Assembly: GCA_030681595.1 (NCBI GenBank)
Contig: JAUXSB010000055.1
Span: forward strand, 364-64,363
Source: Candidatus Omnitrophota bacterium
GTDB lineage: Bacteria > Omnitrophota > Gorgyraeia > Ghiorseimicrobiales > Ghiorseimicrobiaceae
Length of the DNA stretch: 64,000 nucleotides
Reading direction: 5' to 3'
A program made the translations under genes and the position numbers. Position 1 is the first letter of the stretch. Every line of letters begins with the position of its first letter. The notes below the pieces were generated by a model, which saw nothing but the letters and a program-made list of their open reading frames with translations, ran no database searches and was not told where the DNA came from. Positions 52,603 through 62,148 of the stretch are shown here, one piece after another.

Positions 52603-54003
52603 ATGAAAAACGGCTTACGCAAAAGAATAGAGGTTTTTGCATTATTTCTGCCTGAGATAAAAGAATTAATCTCTGCAAAAGATTTTAATGGGCTTAAGGC
52701 ATTGCTTAAAACTATACCTTCTATGGACCTCGCCGAGGGCTGGAAGTTATTGGAGCCAAAAGAAAAAATACTCATTTTTAAATTGCTAGGGACAAAAAAG
52801 GCGGTAGAGGTTTTTGAGAATTTGAAGTTTTCCGAGCAGAGCTTTATTCTAAACAATTTAGATAATGCCGAGGTGTCCCAGATTATCAATGAAATGGCTT
52901 CCGATGTAAGGGCCGACCTTTTCAAGGAGTTCCCCCAGAAAGTATTTAAGAAATTCTTTAGCCTTGTAAATAAAGAAAAGGCGCGGGATCTCACCCAATT
53001 GCTTGATTACAAGGAAGGGACCGCCGGCAGTTTAATGACCACTGAGTTGGTGGAATTAAAAAAGGATATGACGGCGAGGGCGGCCATCCTTTCTATTCAG
53101 GAAAATTTAAGGGCAGAGCACCGTGAAAATATCTATTCGGTTTTTGTCACTGATGAAGGACATCATTTGATTGGAAGCATTTCTTTACAGGATTTATTAA
53201 AGGCGCCGCCCGATATTATTATTAAGGATGTTATGGAGGGCGCGGAGTTTATAAAAATTGACGTTAATTCAAGCGTAGAAGAAGTGGGCGGCCAATTTAA
53301 GCGGTATGACTTATTGGATGCGCCTATTGTAGATAAGGAAAATACGCTTTTAGGGATAATTACTGTCGACGACATAGTTGCGACAATAGAAAAGCAGGCT
53401 ACCAAAGATATTTACGAAATAGGTAAAATGGACGCCAAGGGCGGTGAGATAATCAGCTATGCCCGGATAACGGTCCGGGGATTAATTAAAAGGCGCGCCG
53501 GATGGCTTATACTTTTGTTAATCTTTGATTTTTTAACCGGAACGGTTTTAAAAAATTTTGAACATACTTTAAGTTCGGTGGTTGCTTTAGCATTTTTTAT
53601 CCCGATGCTCTTAGATACTGGAGGTAATGCCGGGGCTCAAACCTCCATTACTATTATAAGGGGTTTGGCTACCGGGGATGTTAACCTAAAAAATGTTTTT
53701 AAAATTATTAAATTAGAACTTAGTACCGCGGCATTAATGGGTTTAATCGTCGGAGGCGTAGCTTTCGGGAGGGCATTTCTTTTGCAGAAAGATTTATTCC
53801 TTGCTTCAACAGTAGGTTTAAGCATGCTGTTTATCGCGATAATCGCGATTGCCACGGGTATATTTTTGCCTCTTTTCTCTAAGAAAGTCGGGCTTGACCC
53901 CGCAGTTTTAGCCGGCCCTATAACCACCAGCGTAGTTGATGTCTTCGGACTGATTATTTATTTTAAGGTTGCCCAGTTTTTCATTCCGGCATTGAGGATA
54001 TAA
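52603..54003 (+). CDS. mgtE: Magnesium transporter MgtE.
   Basis: MgtE N-domain, tandem CBS ('HHLIGSISLQDLL', 'LLGIITVDDIV') and C-terminal 5-TM MgtE domain with 'DTGGNAGAQ'. Confidence 0.9.
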   Translation: MKNGLRKRIEVFALFLPEIKELISAKDFNGLKALLKTIPSMDLAEGWKLLEPKEKILIFKLLGTKKAVEVFENLKFSEQSFILNNLDNAEVSQIINEMASDVRADLFKEFPQKVFKKFFSLVNKEKARDLTQLLDYKEGTAGSLMTTELVELKKDMTARAAILSIQENLRAEHRENIYSVFVTDEGHHLIGSISLQDLLKAPPDIIIKDVMEGAEFIKIDVNSSVEEVGGQFKRYDLLDAPIVDKENTLLGIITVDDIVATIEKQATKDIYEIGKMDAKGGEIISYARITVRGLIKRRAGWLILLLIFDFLTGTVLKNFEHTLSSVVALAFFIPMLLDTGGNAGAQTSITIIRGLATGDVNLKNVFKIIKLELSTAALMGLIVGGVAFGRAFLLQKDLFLASTVGLSMLFIAIIAIATGIFLPLFSKKVGLDPAVLAGPITTSVVDVFGLIIYFKVAQFFIPALRI

Positions 54004-54004
54004 G

Positions 54005-55396
54005 ATGCGTAGTAAAGTTAGGCAGCAGCCGGCTAAAGAGCGTATAAAGAATTTCTTTGAAGTTGCTTTAGGATTTTCTAAAGAACAGGCAGAAAAAGAA
54101 GCGGCTCGTTGCCTGCAGTGTAAGAATCCCCCGTGTGTCCGCGGTTGCCCCGTTGAGATAGACATCCCGGCGTTTATCGCTTTAATCAAAGAGGGTAGGG
54201 TTGGCGAATCGCTGGCTAAAATAAAAGAAAAAAATAGCTTGCCGGCAGTGTGCGGACGGGTATGTCCGCAGGAGAATCAGTGCGAGGCGGCCTGTATTTT
54301 AAGCAAGAAAGGCGAACCGATTGACATCGGAGCGCTGGAGAGATTTGCGGCGGATTACGGCGAGTCACCAGTCACCAGTCATACCCTAACGGGCACAGGC
54401 CAGTCACCAGTTAAAAATAAATTAACTAAGGTGGCGGTGGTGGGCTCTGGCCCAGCAGGCTTGACCGCGGCAGGTGAACTTGCTAAAATGGGTTATTCCG
54501 TTACGCTCTTTGAGTCTTTGCACTCAGCCGGAGGAGTTTTAGTTTATGGTATTCCGGAATTTCGCCTGCCTAAAAAAATAGTGCAAAATGAAGTTGACTA
54601 CATTCAAAGTTTAGGCGTAGAATTACGAACCGATTTTTTAGTCGGTAAGACGATAACTGTTTCCGATTTACTTAAAGAGGGTTACAGCGCTATTTTTATC
54701 GCAACCGGCGCCGGGCTTCCGCAGTTTTTAGGTATTCCCGGAGAAAATGCTTTAGGGGTTTATTCGGCGAATGAGTTTTTAACGCGGATAAACCTGATGA
54801 AGGCTTATAAATTTCCCGAGTACGCTACACCGGTAAATATCGGCAAAAAAGTAGCGGTTATCGGCGGCGGTAATGTTGCGCTTGATTGCGCAAGGAGCGC
54901 ACTTAGGCTTGGCAAGGAAGTAATATTAGTTTATCGTAGAGGCGAGAAAGAAATGCCCGGCCGCCTTGAGGAAATAGAAAACGCTAGAGAAGAAGAGGTT
55001 ATTTTTAACTTTTTAACCCAGCCGGTAAAAATTATCAGCGATAAAAACGGGGTCGTAAAGGGCCTTGAATGCGTTAAGATGGAATTGGGCGAGCCGGACG
55101 AGTCAGGGCGCAGAAGGCCTCATCCGGTAAAAGATTCAAGTTTTATTCTTGATTTAGATACGATAATTCTGGCTATCGGCCAAGAGCCCAACCCGCTTTT
55201 GATTCGGGCAACACCCGAGCTAAAAACAAATCCCGACGGGACAATTGCCGTCGATGAACATTTTCAAACTTCGATGAGCGGAGTTTTTGCCGGGGGCGAT
55301 ATTACTACCGGAGCCGATACGGTTATTTCGGCAATGGGGGCGGGTAAAAAAGCGGCAAGGGGGATTGATGGGTACATTCGAAATAAACCAAAATAG
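54005..55396 (+). CDS. NADPH-dependent FAD/iron-sulfur oxidoreductase of the GltD/SudA family (glutamate synthase small-chain-like).
   Basis: N-terminal Cys clusters 'CLQCKNPPCVRGCP' and 'CGRVCPQENQCEAAC'. Two dinucleotide folds 'VAVVGSGPAGLTAA' and 'VAVIGGGNVALDCA'. Carries the in-frame repeat 'caccagtcaccagtcataccctaacgggcacaggccagtcaccagtt'. Confidence 0.75.
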   Translation: MRSKVRQQPAKERIKNFFEVALGFSKEQAEKEAARCLQCKNPPCVRGCPVEIDIPAFIALIKEGRVGESLAKIKEKNSLPAVCGRVCPQENQCEAACILSKKGEPIDIGALERFAADYGESPVTSHTLTGTGQSPVKNKLTKVAVVGSGPAGLTAAGELAKMGYSVTLFESLHSAGGVLVYGIPEFRLPKKIVQNEVDYIQSLGVELRTDFLVGKTITVSDLLKEGYSAIFIATGAGLPQFLGIPGENALGVYSANEFLTRINLMKAYKFPEYATPVNIGKKVAVIGGGNVALDCARSALRLGKEVILVYRRGEKEMPGRLEEIENAREEEVIFNFLTQPVKIISDKNGVVKGLECVKMELGEPDESGRRRPHPVKDSSFILDLDTIILAIGQEPNPLLIRATPELKTNPDGTIAVDEHFQTSMSGVFAGGDITTGADTVISAMGAGKKAARGIDGYIRNKPK

Positions 55397-55529
55397 AATC
55401 CCAATGTCCAATTACCAATGTCAAATAAATTCCCAGTGACCAATGCCCAATTACGATTGGAGATTGGAAAATTGGAAATTTATTGGGATTCGGTAATTAA
55501 TAATGGGTCATTGTTAAGAAGGGGTCGGC
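55397..55529. repeat. Low-complexity intergenic spacer built as an imperfect long palindrome: (CCAAT)n-rich left half, (ATTGG)n-rich right half.
   Basis: 'cccaatgtccaattaccaatg...ccaatgcccaatt' then 'gattggagattggaaaattggaaatttattggg'. A similar spacer lies at 58299-58435. Confidence 0.45.
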
Positions 55530-56387
55530 ATGGATACTCAAAAAGTTACAGTTTCGGATATACGAGAAGCTAAGGGTAAGCGCAAGCTAACAATGTTGAC
55601 CGCCTATGATTATCCTTTGGCTTCACTGATCGATAAAGCAGGCATCGATATGATTCTAGTCGGTGATTCGCTAGCTAACGTAGTTTTGGGATTACAATCA
55701 ACCACGCAAGTGGGAATGACGGAGATGTTGCATCATGCAAGAGCTGTAACCCGGGCGGTAAAACATGCCTTGGTCATTGGCGATATGCCTTATGGTTCTT
55801 ATCAGGCATTACCCGACGGTAGACAGGTAATGCCCGCCGAATCAGTAAAAAACGCGAAAAGATTTATTGATGAGGCAAATTGTGATGTAGTGAAGCTAGA
55901 GTGGTTTGATAAATGTTTAGATGTAACAAAAGAAATTATTAATTCGGGAATTCCCGTAATGGGGCATATCGGGCTCACCCCGCAGACCGCGGATAAGCTA
56001 GGCGGTTTTAAGGTCCAAGGCAAAGACGCCCAGGCAGCACAAAGGCTGATTAAGCAGGCAGAAGATTTAGAGAAGTTGGGATGTTTTGCGATAGTGCTTG
56101 AATGTGTGCCGGATAAAATTGCTGAAATAATCACGCAAAAATTAAGTATTCCTACTATAGGCATTGGCGCGGGTGTTGCTTGTGACGGCCAGGTTTTGGT
56201 CAGCTACGATATGTTGGGTCTATTTGAGCGTTTTACCCCAAAGTTTGTGAAAAAATATATTAATTTATCCGAACAGATTTTTAGCGCCGTTAAGGCATAC
56301 AAAAGCGAAGTTGAAAAGGGAGAATTTCCCGCGAAAGAGCATACGTTTAGCATAAAGCAGGAAGAGGTCGATAAGGTAAAAAAATGA
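55530..56387 (+). CDS. panB: 3-methyl-2-oxobutanoate hydroxymethyltransferase.
   Basis: 'LTMLTAYDYPLASLIDKAGIDMILVGDSLANVVLG' and 'VVKLEW'. 285 aa. Confidence 0.9.
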   Translation: MDTQKVTVSDIREAKGKRKLTMLTAYDYPLASLIDKAGIDMILVGDSLANVVLGLQSTTQVGMTEMLHHARAVTRAVKHALVIGDMPYGSYQALPDGRQVMPAESVKNAKRFIDEANCDVVKLEWFDKCLDVTKEIINSGIPVMGHIGLTPQTADKLGGFKVQGKDAQAAQRLIKQAEDLEKLGCFAIVLECVPDKIAEIITQKLSIPTIGIGAGVACDGQVLVSYDMLGLFERFTPKFVKKYINLSEQIFSAVKAYKSEVEKGEFPAKEHTFSIKQEEVDKVKK

Positions 56388-56396
56388 AATAGGGGG

Positions 56397-56801
56397 GTGT
56401 CTATGGCGAACGCGCATTTAATAAAAGAAATCCGCATTGAAACAGAGGACAGGCCGGGGATGCTTGAGGAGATTTCCAGCGCTCTTTCGGATAGTAAGAT
56501 AAATATCAAGCATATTGCCGCTTACGCGCAGGAAGGTAAGGCGCATTTTATGATAGTCAGCGAGGATAACGAAAAGGCATATCAGGCGTTGAGAAGCAAG
56601 GGATACGTGGCCATAGAAAAAGAGGTTGTCCTTTTAGGGTTGGCAGATACGGTGGGGATGCTTAAGCAGGTAGCCGAAAAAATAAAGGCGGCCGGAATAA
56701 GCCTTAATTATCTCTATGGTACAACTTGTGCTGATGGTTGCGAGTCTCAATTAATTATGTCTTCAAATGATAACAAGAAATTACTCTCAGTATTGGCTTA
56801 G
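56397..56801 (+). CDS. ACT-domain-containing protein.
   Basis: 'IRIETEDRPGMLEEISSALSDSKINIKHIAAY' is an ACT fold signature. 134 aa. Confidence 0.6.
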   Translation: MSMANAHLIKEIRIETEDRPGMLEEISSALSDSKINIKHIAAYAQEGKAHFMIVSEDNEKAYQALRSKGYVAIEKEVVLLGLADTVGMLKQVAEKIKAAGISLNYLYGTTCADGCESQLIMSSNDNKKLLSVLA

Positions 56802-56809
56802 GAGAGGGG

Positions 56810-56838
56810 TTGACAAAATAAAAATTAGGTATATCATA
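56810..56838 (+). promoter_or_regulatory. Sigma-70-like promoter: TTGACA, 16-nt spacer, TATCAT.
   Basis: 'ttgaca aaataaaaattaggta tatcat' read directly upstream of glyQS. Followed by a 'cataagttatg' motif and the hairpin 'tggctttggc...gccaaacca'. Confidence 0.45.
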
Positions 56839-56918
56839 TATTGTTTGCTTTGCATAAGTTATGTGGCTTTGGCTATCGGAGGCCAAACCACTGCCTTCTG
56901 GCTATGAAGGTTTTGAAT

Positions 56919-58298
56919 ATGGAAGTTAAATCAATGGATAAAGTTGTCTCGCTTTGCAAAAGGCGGGGTTTTATTTTTCAGTCATCCGAGATTTACGGCG
57001 GATTGAGCAATACCTGGGATTACGGGCCGTACGGGGTGGAACTAAAAAACAACCTCAAGCGCGCTTGGTGGAAGGCAAATGTTTATGAGCGCGATGATAT
57101 CTACGGGATGGATGCGGCGATTTTAATGCATCCGAAAGTATGGGAGGCAAGTGGGCACATAGACAATTTTTTTGATGTTATGTTGGATTGTAATAAATGC
57201 AAAAAAAGATTTCGGATTGATCAGGTTCAGCAGAAATATCCCGATAAGGTAGTTATGGAGACGGTAACAATTGAAGGGAAAACGTGCGTTCAAAGCCAGG
57301 TAATTGGTACGTTAAAATGTTTTGAATGTGATGGTGAGTTGGGTATGGCACGGAAATTTAACTTGATGTTTAAAACATTTCAAGGCCCAGTTGAGGATAG
57401 GGCTAATTTATTGTTTATGAGGCCGGAGACCGCGCAGGGTATGTTTGTGAATTTCTCAAATGTCCTTGATTCTCGCCATCCGAAATTGCCTTTTGGGTTA
57501 GCTCAAATAGGCAAGGCCTTTCGTAACGAAATCACGCCGGGGAATTTTACCTTTCGCACGCGCGAGTTTGAACAGATGGAAATTGAGTATTTTGTCCGGC
57601 CCGAAGATGCGGATAAAAAATTAGAAGAATGGGTTGAGGCGCGTTTTGGCTGGTACCTAAATTTAGGGATGACAAAAGAAAATCTCCGTAAACGCCCGCA
57701 CGCAAAAGATGAATTGGCGCATTATGCTAAGGCTTGTACGGATATAGAATATAACTTTTCTTTTGGCTGGAGCGAGCTCGAAGGTATAGCTAACCGGACG
57801 GATTTTGACTTAAAACAGCATGCCGCCGGCAGCGGTAAGGATTTGCAATATTTCAACAACGTAACAAACGAGCGGTTTTATCCTTATATTATTGAGCCTT
57901 CAGGTGGAGTAGACAGAAGTGTTTTAGCCTTCATGGTGGATTCTTATAGCGAAGAACAGGTAAAAAATGATATCAGGGTGGTTTTAAAATTACACAAGGA
58001 TCTGGCTCCGGTAAAAATAGCCGTGTTACCGCTTTTAAGGAACAGGCCGGAAATTGTGGAGTTGGCAAAAAAAATAGCCCATGATTTAAAGAAAAGTTTT
58101 GTTACGGTTTATGATGATACCGGCGCAATCGGTAAGCTCTACCGTCGGCAGGATGAAGTAGGGACTTTATATTGTGTAACTGTAGATGTGCAGACATTAG
58201 AAGATAGAGAGGTAACGGTACGGGACAGGGATACAATGTTGCAAGAGAGGATTGGGATAGACAGGCTAAAGGAGTATCTTTCAGAAAAATTAAGTTAA
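56919..58298 (+). CDS. glyQS: Glycyl-tRNA synthetase, dimeric class II (GlyQS type). The start is uncertain (ATG at 56919 or 56934; the track ORF begins at 56841).
   Basis: 'SSEIYGGLSNTWDYGPYGVELKNNLKRAWWK', 'FRNEITPGNFTFRTREFEQMEIEYF' and 'GGGVDRSVLAFMV' class-II motifs. Confidence 0.85.
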   Translation: MEVKSMDKVVSLCKRRGFIFQSSEIYGGLSNTWDYGPYGVELKNNLKRAWWKANVYERDDIYGMDAAILMHPKVWEASGHIDNFFDVMLDCNKCKKRFRIDQVQQKYPDKVVMETVTIEGKTCVQSQVIGTLKCFECDGELGMARKFNLMFKTFQGPVEDRANLLFMRPETAQGMFVNFSNVLDSRHPKLPFGLAQIGKAFRNEITPGNFTFRTREFEQMEIEYFVRPEDADKKLEEWVEARFGWYLNLGMTKENLRKRPHAKDELAHYAKACTDIEYNFSFGWSELEGIANRTDFDLKQHAAGSGKDLQYFNNVTNERFYPYIIEPSGGVDRSVLAFMVDSYSEEQVKNDIRVVLKLHKDLAPVKIAVLPLLRNRPEIVELAKKIAHDLKKSFVTVYDDTGAIGKLYRRQDEVGTLYCVTVDVQTLEDREVTVRDRDTMLQERIGIDRLKEYLSEKLS

Positions 58299-58435
58299 TG
58301 ACCAAATCCTAATTCTCAACGTCTAATCAATCCCCAATGACTAATAGTAAATTGAAAATTGTAAAATTGGGAATTAATTGAGATTTGGAAATTGGTTAAT
58401 TGGAAATTTAACAGAGAGGGAGGGTTTTAAAAGCA
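58299..58435. repeat. Second CCAAT/ATTGG-type low-complexity palindromic spacer.
   Basis: 'accaaatcctaattctcaacgtctaatcaatccccaatgactaat' then 'attgaaaattgtaaaattgggaattaattgagatttggaaattggttaattgg'. Confidence 0.45.
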
Positions 58436-61225
58436 ATGGGTAGTAAAAAATATGTTTACAGCTTTGGCGGAGGGAAAGCAGACGGTAATGAGAGTATGAA
58501 GAATCTATTGGGTGGAAAGGGCGCTAATTTAGCCGAGATGGCCGGCCATAAGGAGCTCAGGCTTCCCGTCCCTCCGGGGTTTACTCTTAGTACCGAAGTC
58601 TGCACCTATTATTATAAGAATAGAAGGACATATCCTAAAACATTAAAGGCCGAAGTAAACAGTGCCTTAGAAAAAGTTGAGAAATTAATGGGCAGAAAAT
58701 TCGGCGATCCCGTTAATCCTCTTTTGGTTTCAGTGAGGAGCGGGGCGCGTAAGTCAATGCCCGGGATGATGGAGACGGTTTTAAACGTAGGCTTAACCGA
58801 AAAAACTATCCCCGGTTTAGTCAAGCAGGCCCGCCAGACCCGCCTGACTTCATTCGGGCAGGCCGAAGTCGGGCTGGCCGGCGGAAACGAACGTTTTGTT
58901 TATGACGCCTATCGCCGCCTGATTATGATGTATTCCGATGTGGTTATGGAAAAGGCCGCCGGCATTGAGCCTAAGGATGAAGAAGGAATACGTAAACAGC
59001 TTGAGCATCTTATGGCTGTTATGAAAAAGGAAAGAGGTGTTAAGTCCGATACGGATTTAACTGCCGAGGATTTGAAAAAACTCTGTGGGCTTTTTAAGCA
59101 AAAAATCAAGGAAGTATTAAAGAAGGAGTTTCCTGATAATCCGATTGAGCAGTTATGGGGCGGTATAGGCGCGGTATTTTCTTCCTGGAATGGCAAACGC
59201 GCGATCAGCTACCGCCGGATAGAAAATATTCCCGATGAATGGGGCACCGCGGTAAATGTCCAGACCATGGTATTTGGTAATATGGGCAGTGATTCAGCGA
59301 CCGGTGTCGCTTTTTCGCGTAACCCCGGAAACGGCGAAAATGAGTTTTACGGCGAGTATTTGATTAACGCCCAAGGCGAGGATGTGGTTGCCGGGATTCG
59401 CACCCCAGCACCTATTAACAGCTATTCCCAGTCAGAGCATAACAAGGAACTATTAACCCTGGAAAAAGTAATGCCTTCGCTTTATGAAGAGTTGGTAGGC
59501 TACCGCAATCGCTTAGAAAAGCATTACCGCGATATGCAGGATATAGAGTTTACTATTGAAAAAGACCGCCTTTTTATGTTGCAGTGCCGTGTGGGTAAAC
59601 GCAATGGGCCTGCGGCAGTACGTATGGCTATGGATATGTTGAAAGAAAAATTAATTAAGAAGGAAGAAGCGGTGATGCGGGTAACACCTGCTCAGCTTGA
59701 TGAATTACTACATCCGGTTATTGACCCTAAGCAGGAAATGAAACATAAGTCTTTAGCCAAAGGCCTTCCGGCAGGCCCGGGTGGCGCTACGGGCCAGATT
59801 GTTTTTTCGGCTAATGACGCTGTAGAGTGGGCAAAAACGGGCAAAAAAGTAATTCTTGTGCGCGAAGAAACTAATCCTGAAGACGTTGAAGGCATGCGCG
59901 CGGCAGAGGCGATTTTGACCGCTCGCGGCGGCATGACTTCACACGCAGCACTCGTTGCCCGCGGATGGGGTAAATGCTGTGTCGTGGGATGTTCAGCGCT
60001 GCATATTGATTATAAAGCAAGAGAGATTCATGCTGATGGAAAAGTCCTTAAAGAAGGTGACTGGGTTACTTTAAACGGCACTAAAGGCAATGTTTACGAA
60101 GGCAAGCTTTCTATGATGGATGCTACCGCAGAAAATAAGCTACTTGATGATTTCTTAAAAATTTGCGGCTCCATTAAAAAATTAGGCATTCGTACCAATG
60201 CCGATACACCGGAAGACGCGGCAAAGGCGCGGCAGTTTGGCGCAGAAGGTATAGGTCTATTCCGTACCGAACATATGTTTTACGGTAAAGGTTCGGATGA
60301 GCCGCTTTTTATCCTGCGTAAGATGATTGTTTCAAAAACGCTTGCTGAAAGAAAGAAAGCCTTGGACGAATTATTCCCTTATGTAAAAAAAGATATAAAG
60401 GGAACGCTTGCGGCAATGGACGGCTATCCTGTGGTAATCCGTCTGCTTGATCCGCCGTTACATGAGTTTGTGCCGCGTCAGGCGGAAAAATTAGGCGAAC
60501 TCGCCCGCGAGTTAAATATTAGTTTGGAGGAATTGGCAAAACGCGCAGAATTCCTACATGAGTCAAATCCGATGATGGGTCATCGCGGCGTGCGCTTAGG
60601 GGTTACCTATCCGGAAGTAAGTTCTATGCAAATCCGCGCGGTTTTTGAGTCGGCAGCGGAGTTGATTAAGGAAGGCAAAAAACCCTATCCTGAAATAATG
60701 GTACCGGTAGTCTGCGATGTCAAAGAATTAAATGACCAAAAAGCTATTTTTAAGCAGGTTTATCAGGAGGTACTTGTAAAATATAACCTTAAAAAGATTA
60801 AGCATATGTTTGGCACCATGATTGAGATACCGCGTGCGGCTTTAGTCGCAGGAAAACTTGCCGAGGTAGCGGAATTCTTTTCATACGGTACCAATGATTT
60901 AACCCAGATGGGCTTTGGTTTTTCACGCGATGATATCGGCGGATTCCTGCCGGATTACCTTAAAAAGGGAATTTTGCCGGAAGATCCGTTCCAATCAATA
61001 GACCAGGAAGGAATCGGCGAGTTGATTAAGATCGGTATTGAGCGTGGGAGAAAAACCCGTAAAGGCTTAGAGGTGGGTATCTGTGGAGAGCACGGAGGCG
61101 AGCCGAAGTCTGTTGAGTTTTGCTATCGCGTTGGGATGGACTATGTTAGTTGTTCACCGTTTCGGGTACCGATCGCAAAACTTGCTGCGGCACAGGCAGT
61201 GTTAAAAGAAAAGATAAAAAAGTAA
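58436..61225 (+). CDS. ppdK: Pyruvate, phosphate dikinase.
   Basis: 929 aa. 'GGKGANLAEM'. Phosphohistidine region 'GGMTSHAALVARGWGKCCVVG'. PEP-utilising 'IGTNDLTQ'. C-terminal 'CGEHGG'. Confidence 0.95.
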   Translation: MGSKKYVYSFGGGKADGNESMKNLLGGKGANLAEMAGHKELRLPVPPGFTLSTEVCTYYYKNRRTYPKTLKAEVNSALEKVEKLMGRKFGDPVNPLLVSVRSGARKSMPGMMETVLNVGLTEKTIPGLVKQARQTRLTSFGQAEVGLAGGNERFVYDAYRRLIMMYSDVVMEKAAGIEPKDEEGIRKQLEHLMAVMKKERGVKSDTDLTAEDLKKLCGLFKQKIKEVLKKEFPDNPIEQLWGGIGAVFSSWNGKRAISYRRIENIPDEWGTAVNVQTMVFGNMGSDSATGVAFSRNPGNGENEFYGEYLINAQGEDVVAGIRTPAPINSYSQSEHNKELLTLEKVMPSLYEELVGYRNRLEKHYRDMQDIEFTIEKDRLFMLQCRVGKRNGPAAVRMAMDMLKEKLIKKEEAVMRVTPAQLDELLHPVIDPKQEMKHKSLAKGLPAGPGGATGQIVFSANDAVEWAKTGKKVILVREETNPEDVEGMRAAEAILTARGGMTSHAALVARGWGKCCVVGCSALHIDYKAREIHADGKVLKEGDWVTLNGTKGNVYEGKLSMMDATAENKLLDDFLKICGSIKKLGIRTNADTPEDAAKARQFGAEGIGLFRTEHMFYGKGSDEPLFILRKMIVSKTLAERKKALDELFPYVKKDIKGTLAAMDGYPVVIRLLDPPLHEFVPRQAEKLGELARELNISLEELAKRAEFLHESNPMMGHRGVRLGVTYPEVSSMQIRAVFESAAELIKEGKKPYPEIMVPVVCDVKELNDQKAIFKQVYQEVLVKYNLKKIKHMFGTMIEIPRAALVAGKLAEVAEFFSYGTNDLTQMGFGFSRDDIGGFLPDYLKKGILPEDPFQSIDQEGIGELIKIGIERGRKTRKGLEVGICGEHGGEPKSVEFCYRVGMDYVSCSPFRVPIAKLAAAQAVLKEKIKK

Positions 61226-61317
61226 CCAGAACCCAGCTGTACCCTGTCGGGCACAGGCCAGAAACCAGAAAATAATAAAATTCTGGTTGCTGATTACTGG
61301 TATCTGGTTTCTACCGA
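61226..61317. repeat. Spacer containing (AACCAGA)n heptamers, the 'gtaccctgtcgggcacaggccag' core, and an inverted (TCTGGTT)-rich arm forming a hairpin ('ccagaaaccagaaaataataaaattctggtt').
   Basis: Same heptamer and core as inside hemB (20820), the cytochrome at 32935 and the gltD-like gene (54362). Confidence 0.5.
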
Positions 61318-61332
61318 GTGAAGCGAGGGCTT

Positions 61333-62148
61333 ATGGAAGGAATACGCGCATATTTTAAGCAGTTAAGGGTAATTCCTCTTTTGACAGCAAAAGAGGAAGT
61401 GGAACTTAGTCGGCGTGTAAGAAAGGGCGACGAAGAGGCGCGTAAGAAGATGATTCAGGCAAATTTGCGCCTGGTTGTGAGCATTGCTAAACGTTATGCA
61501 TATTTAGGCGTGCCTTTGATGGATCTAATTGAAGAAGGCAATGTCGGTTTAATGCGCGCGGTTGAGAAATTCAGCCCTCGGCGCGGGTTTCGTTTTTCTA
61601 CTTATGCTGCCTGGTGGATAAAACAAGGGATATCGCGCTCTATTTTTGACCAGTCAAAGATTATTCGTATTCCGGTTTATATGAATGAAAAAATGAACAA
61701 ATGGAAAAAAGTAAACGAAGAGCTATCTCAGAAGCTAAAGCGCATACCTACATCAAAAGAGATAGCTAGGGCAATGAAAATTTCCATAAAAAAGGTGGAA
61801 GATATAAATAAATGGATGACTAAGGTTTCTTCGCTGGAAGCGCCGGTGGGCGAAGAAGGCGAAGGCGAAATGATTGATTTGATAGAAGATGAAAAATCCG
61901 TAAGCCCGGATAGTGAACTCAACCGTTTTATTGATAAAGAAAGGGTAAACGGGCTTTTAGAGGTTATGGATCAGCGCGAGAAGGAAATTCTTGATTTACG
62001 TTTCGGTTTAGCAGACGGAGCCAGCCATACATTAGCTGAAGTAGCAGAACGGCTTAGCCTTTCAAGGGAGCGTATCCGGCAAATAGAGGAAAGAGCTTTA
62101 AAGAAGCTGCGTAAATTTATTATCGAGCGGGAGGGGGAATCGGGGTAA
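61333..62148 (+). CDS. Sigma-70 family RNA polymerase sigma factor (group 1/2-like, RpoD/RpoS-type regions 2-4). Start moved to the ATG at 61333 behind 'gaggg'.
   Basis: Region 2 '[31 protein letters not shown]'. Region 4 '[28 protein letters not shown]'. Confidence 0.8.
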   Translation: MEGIRAYFKQLRVIPLLTAKEEVELSRRVRKGDEEARKKMIQANLRLVVSIAKRYAYLGVPLMDLIEEGNVGLMRAVEKFSPRRGFRFSTYAAWWIKQGISRSIFDQSKIIRIPVYMNEKMNKWKKVNEELSQKLKRIPTSKEIARAMKISIKKVEDINKWMTKVSSLEAPVGEEGEGEMIDLIEDEKSVSPDSELNRFIDKERVNGLLEVMDQREKEILDLRFGLADGASHTLAEVAERLSLSRERIRQIEERALKKLRKFIIEREGESG

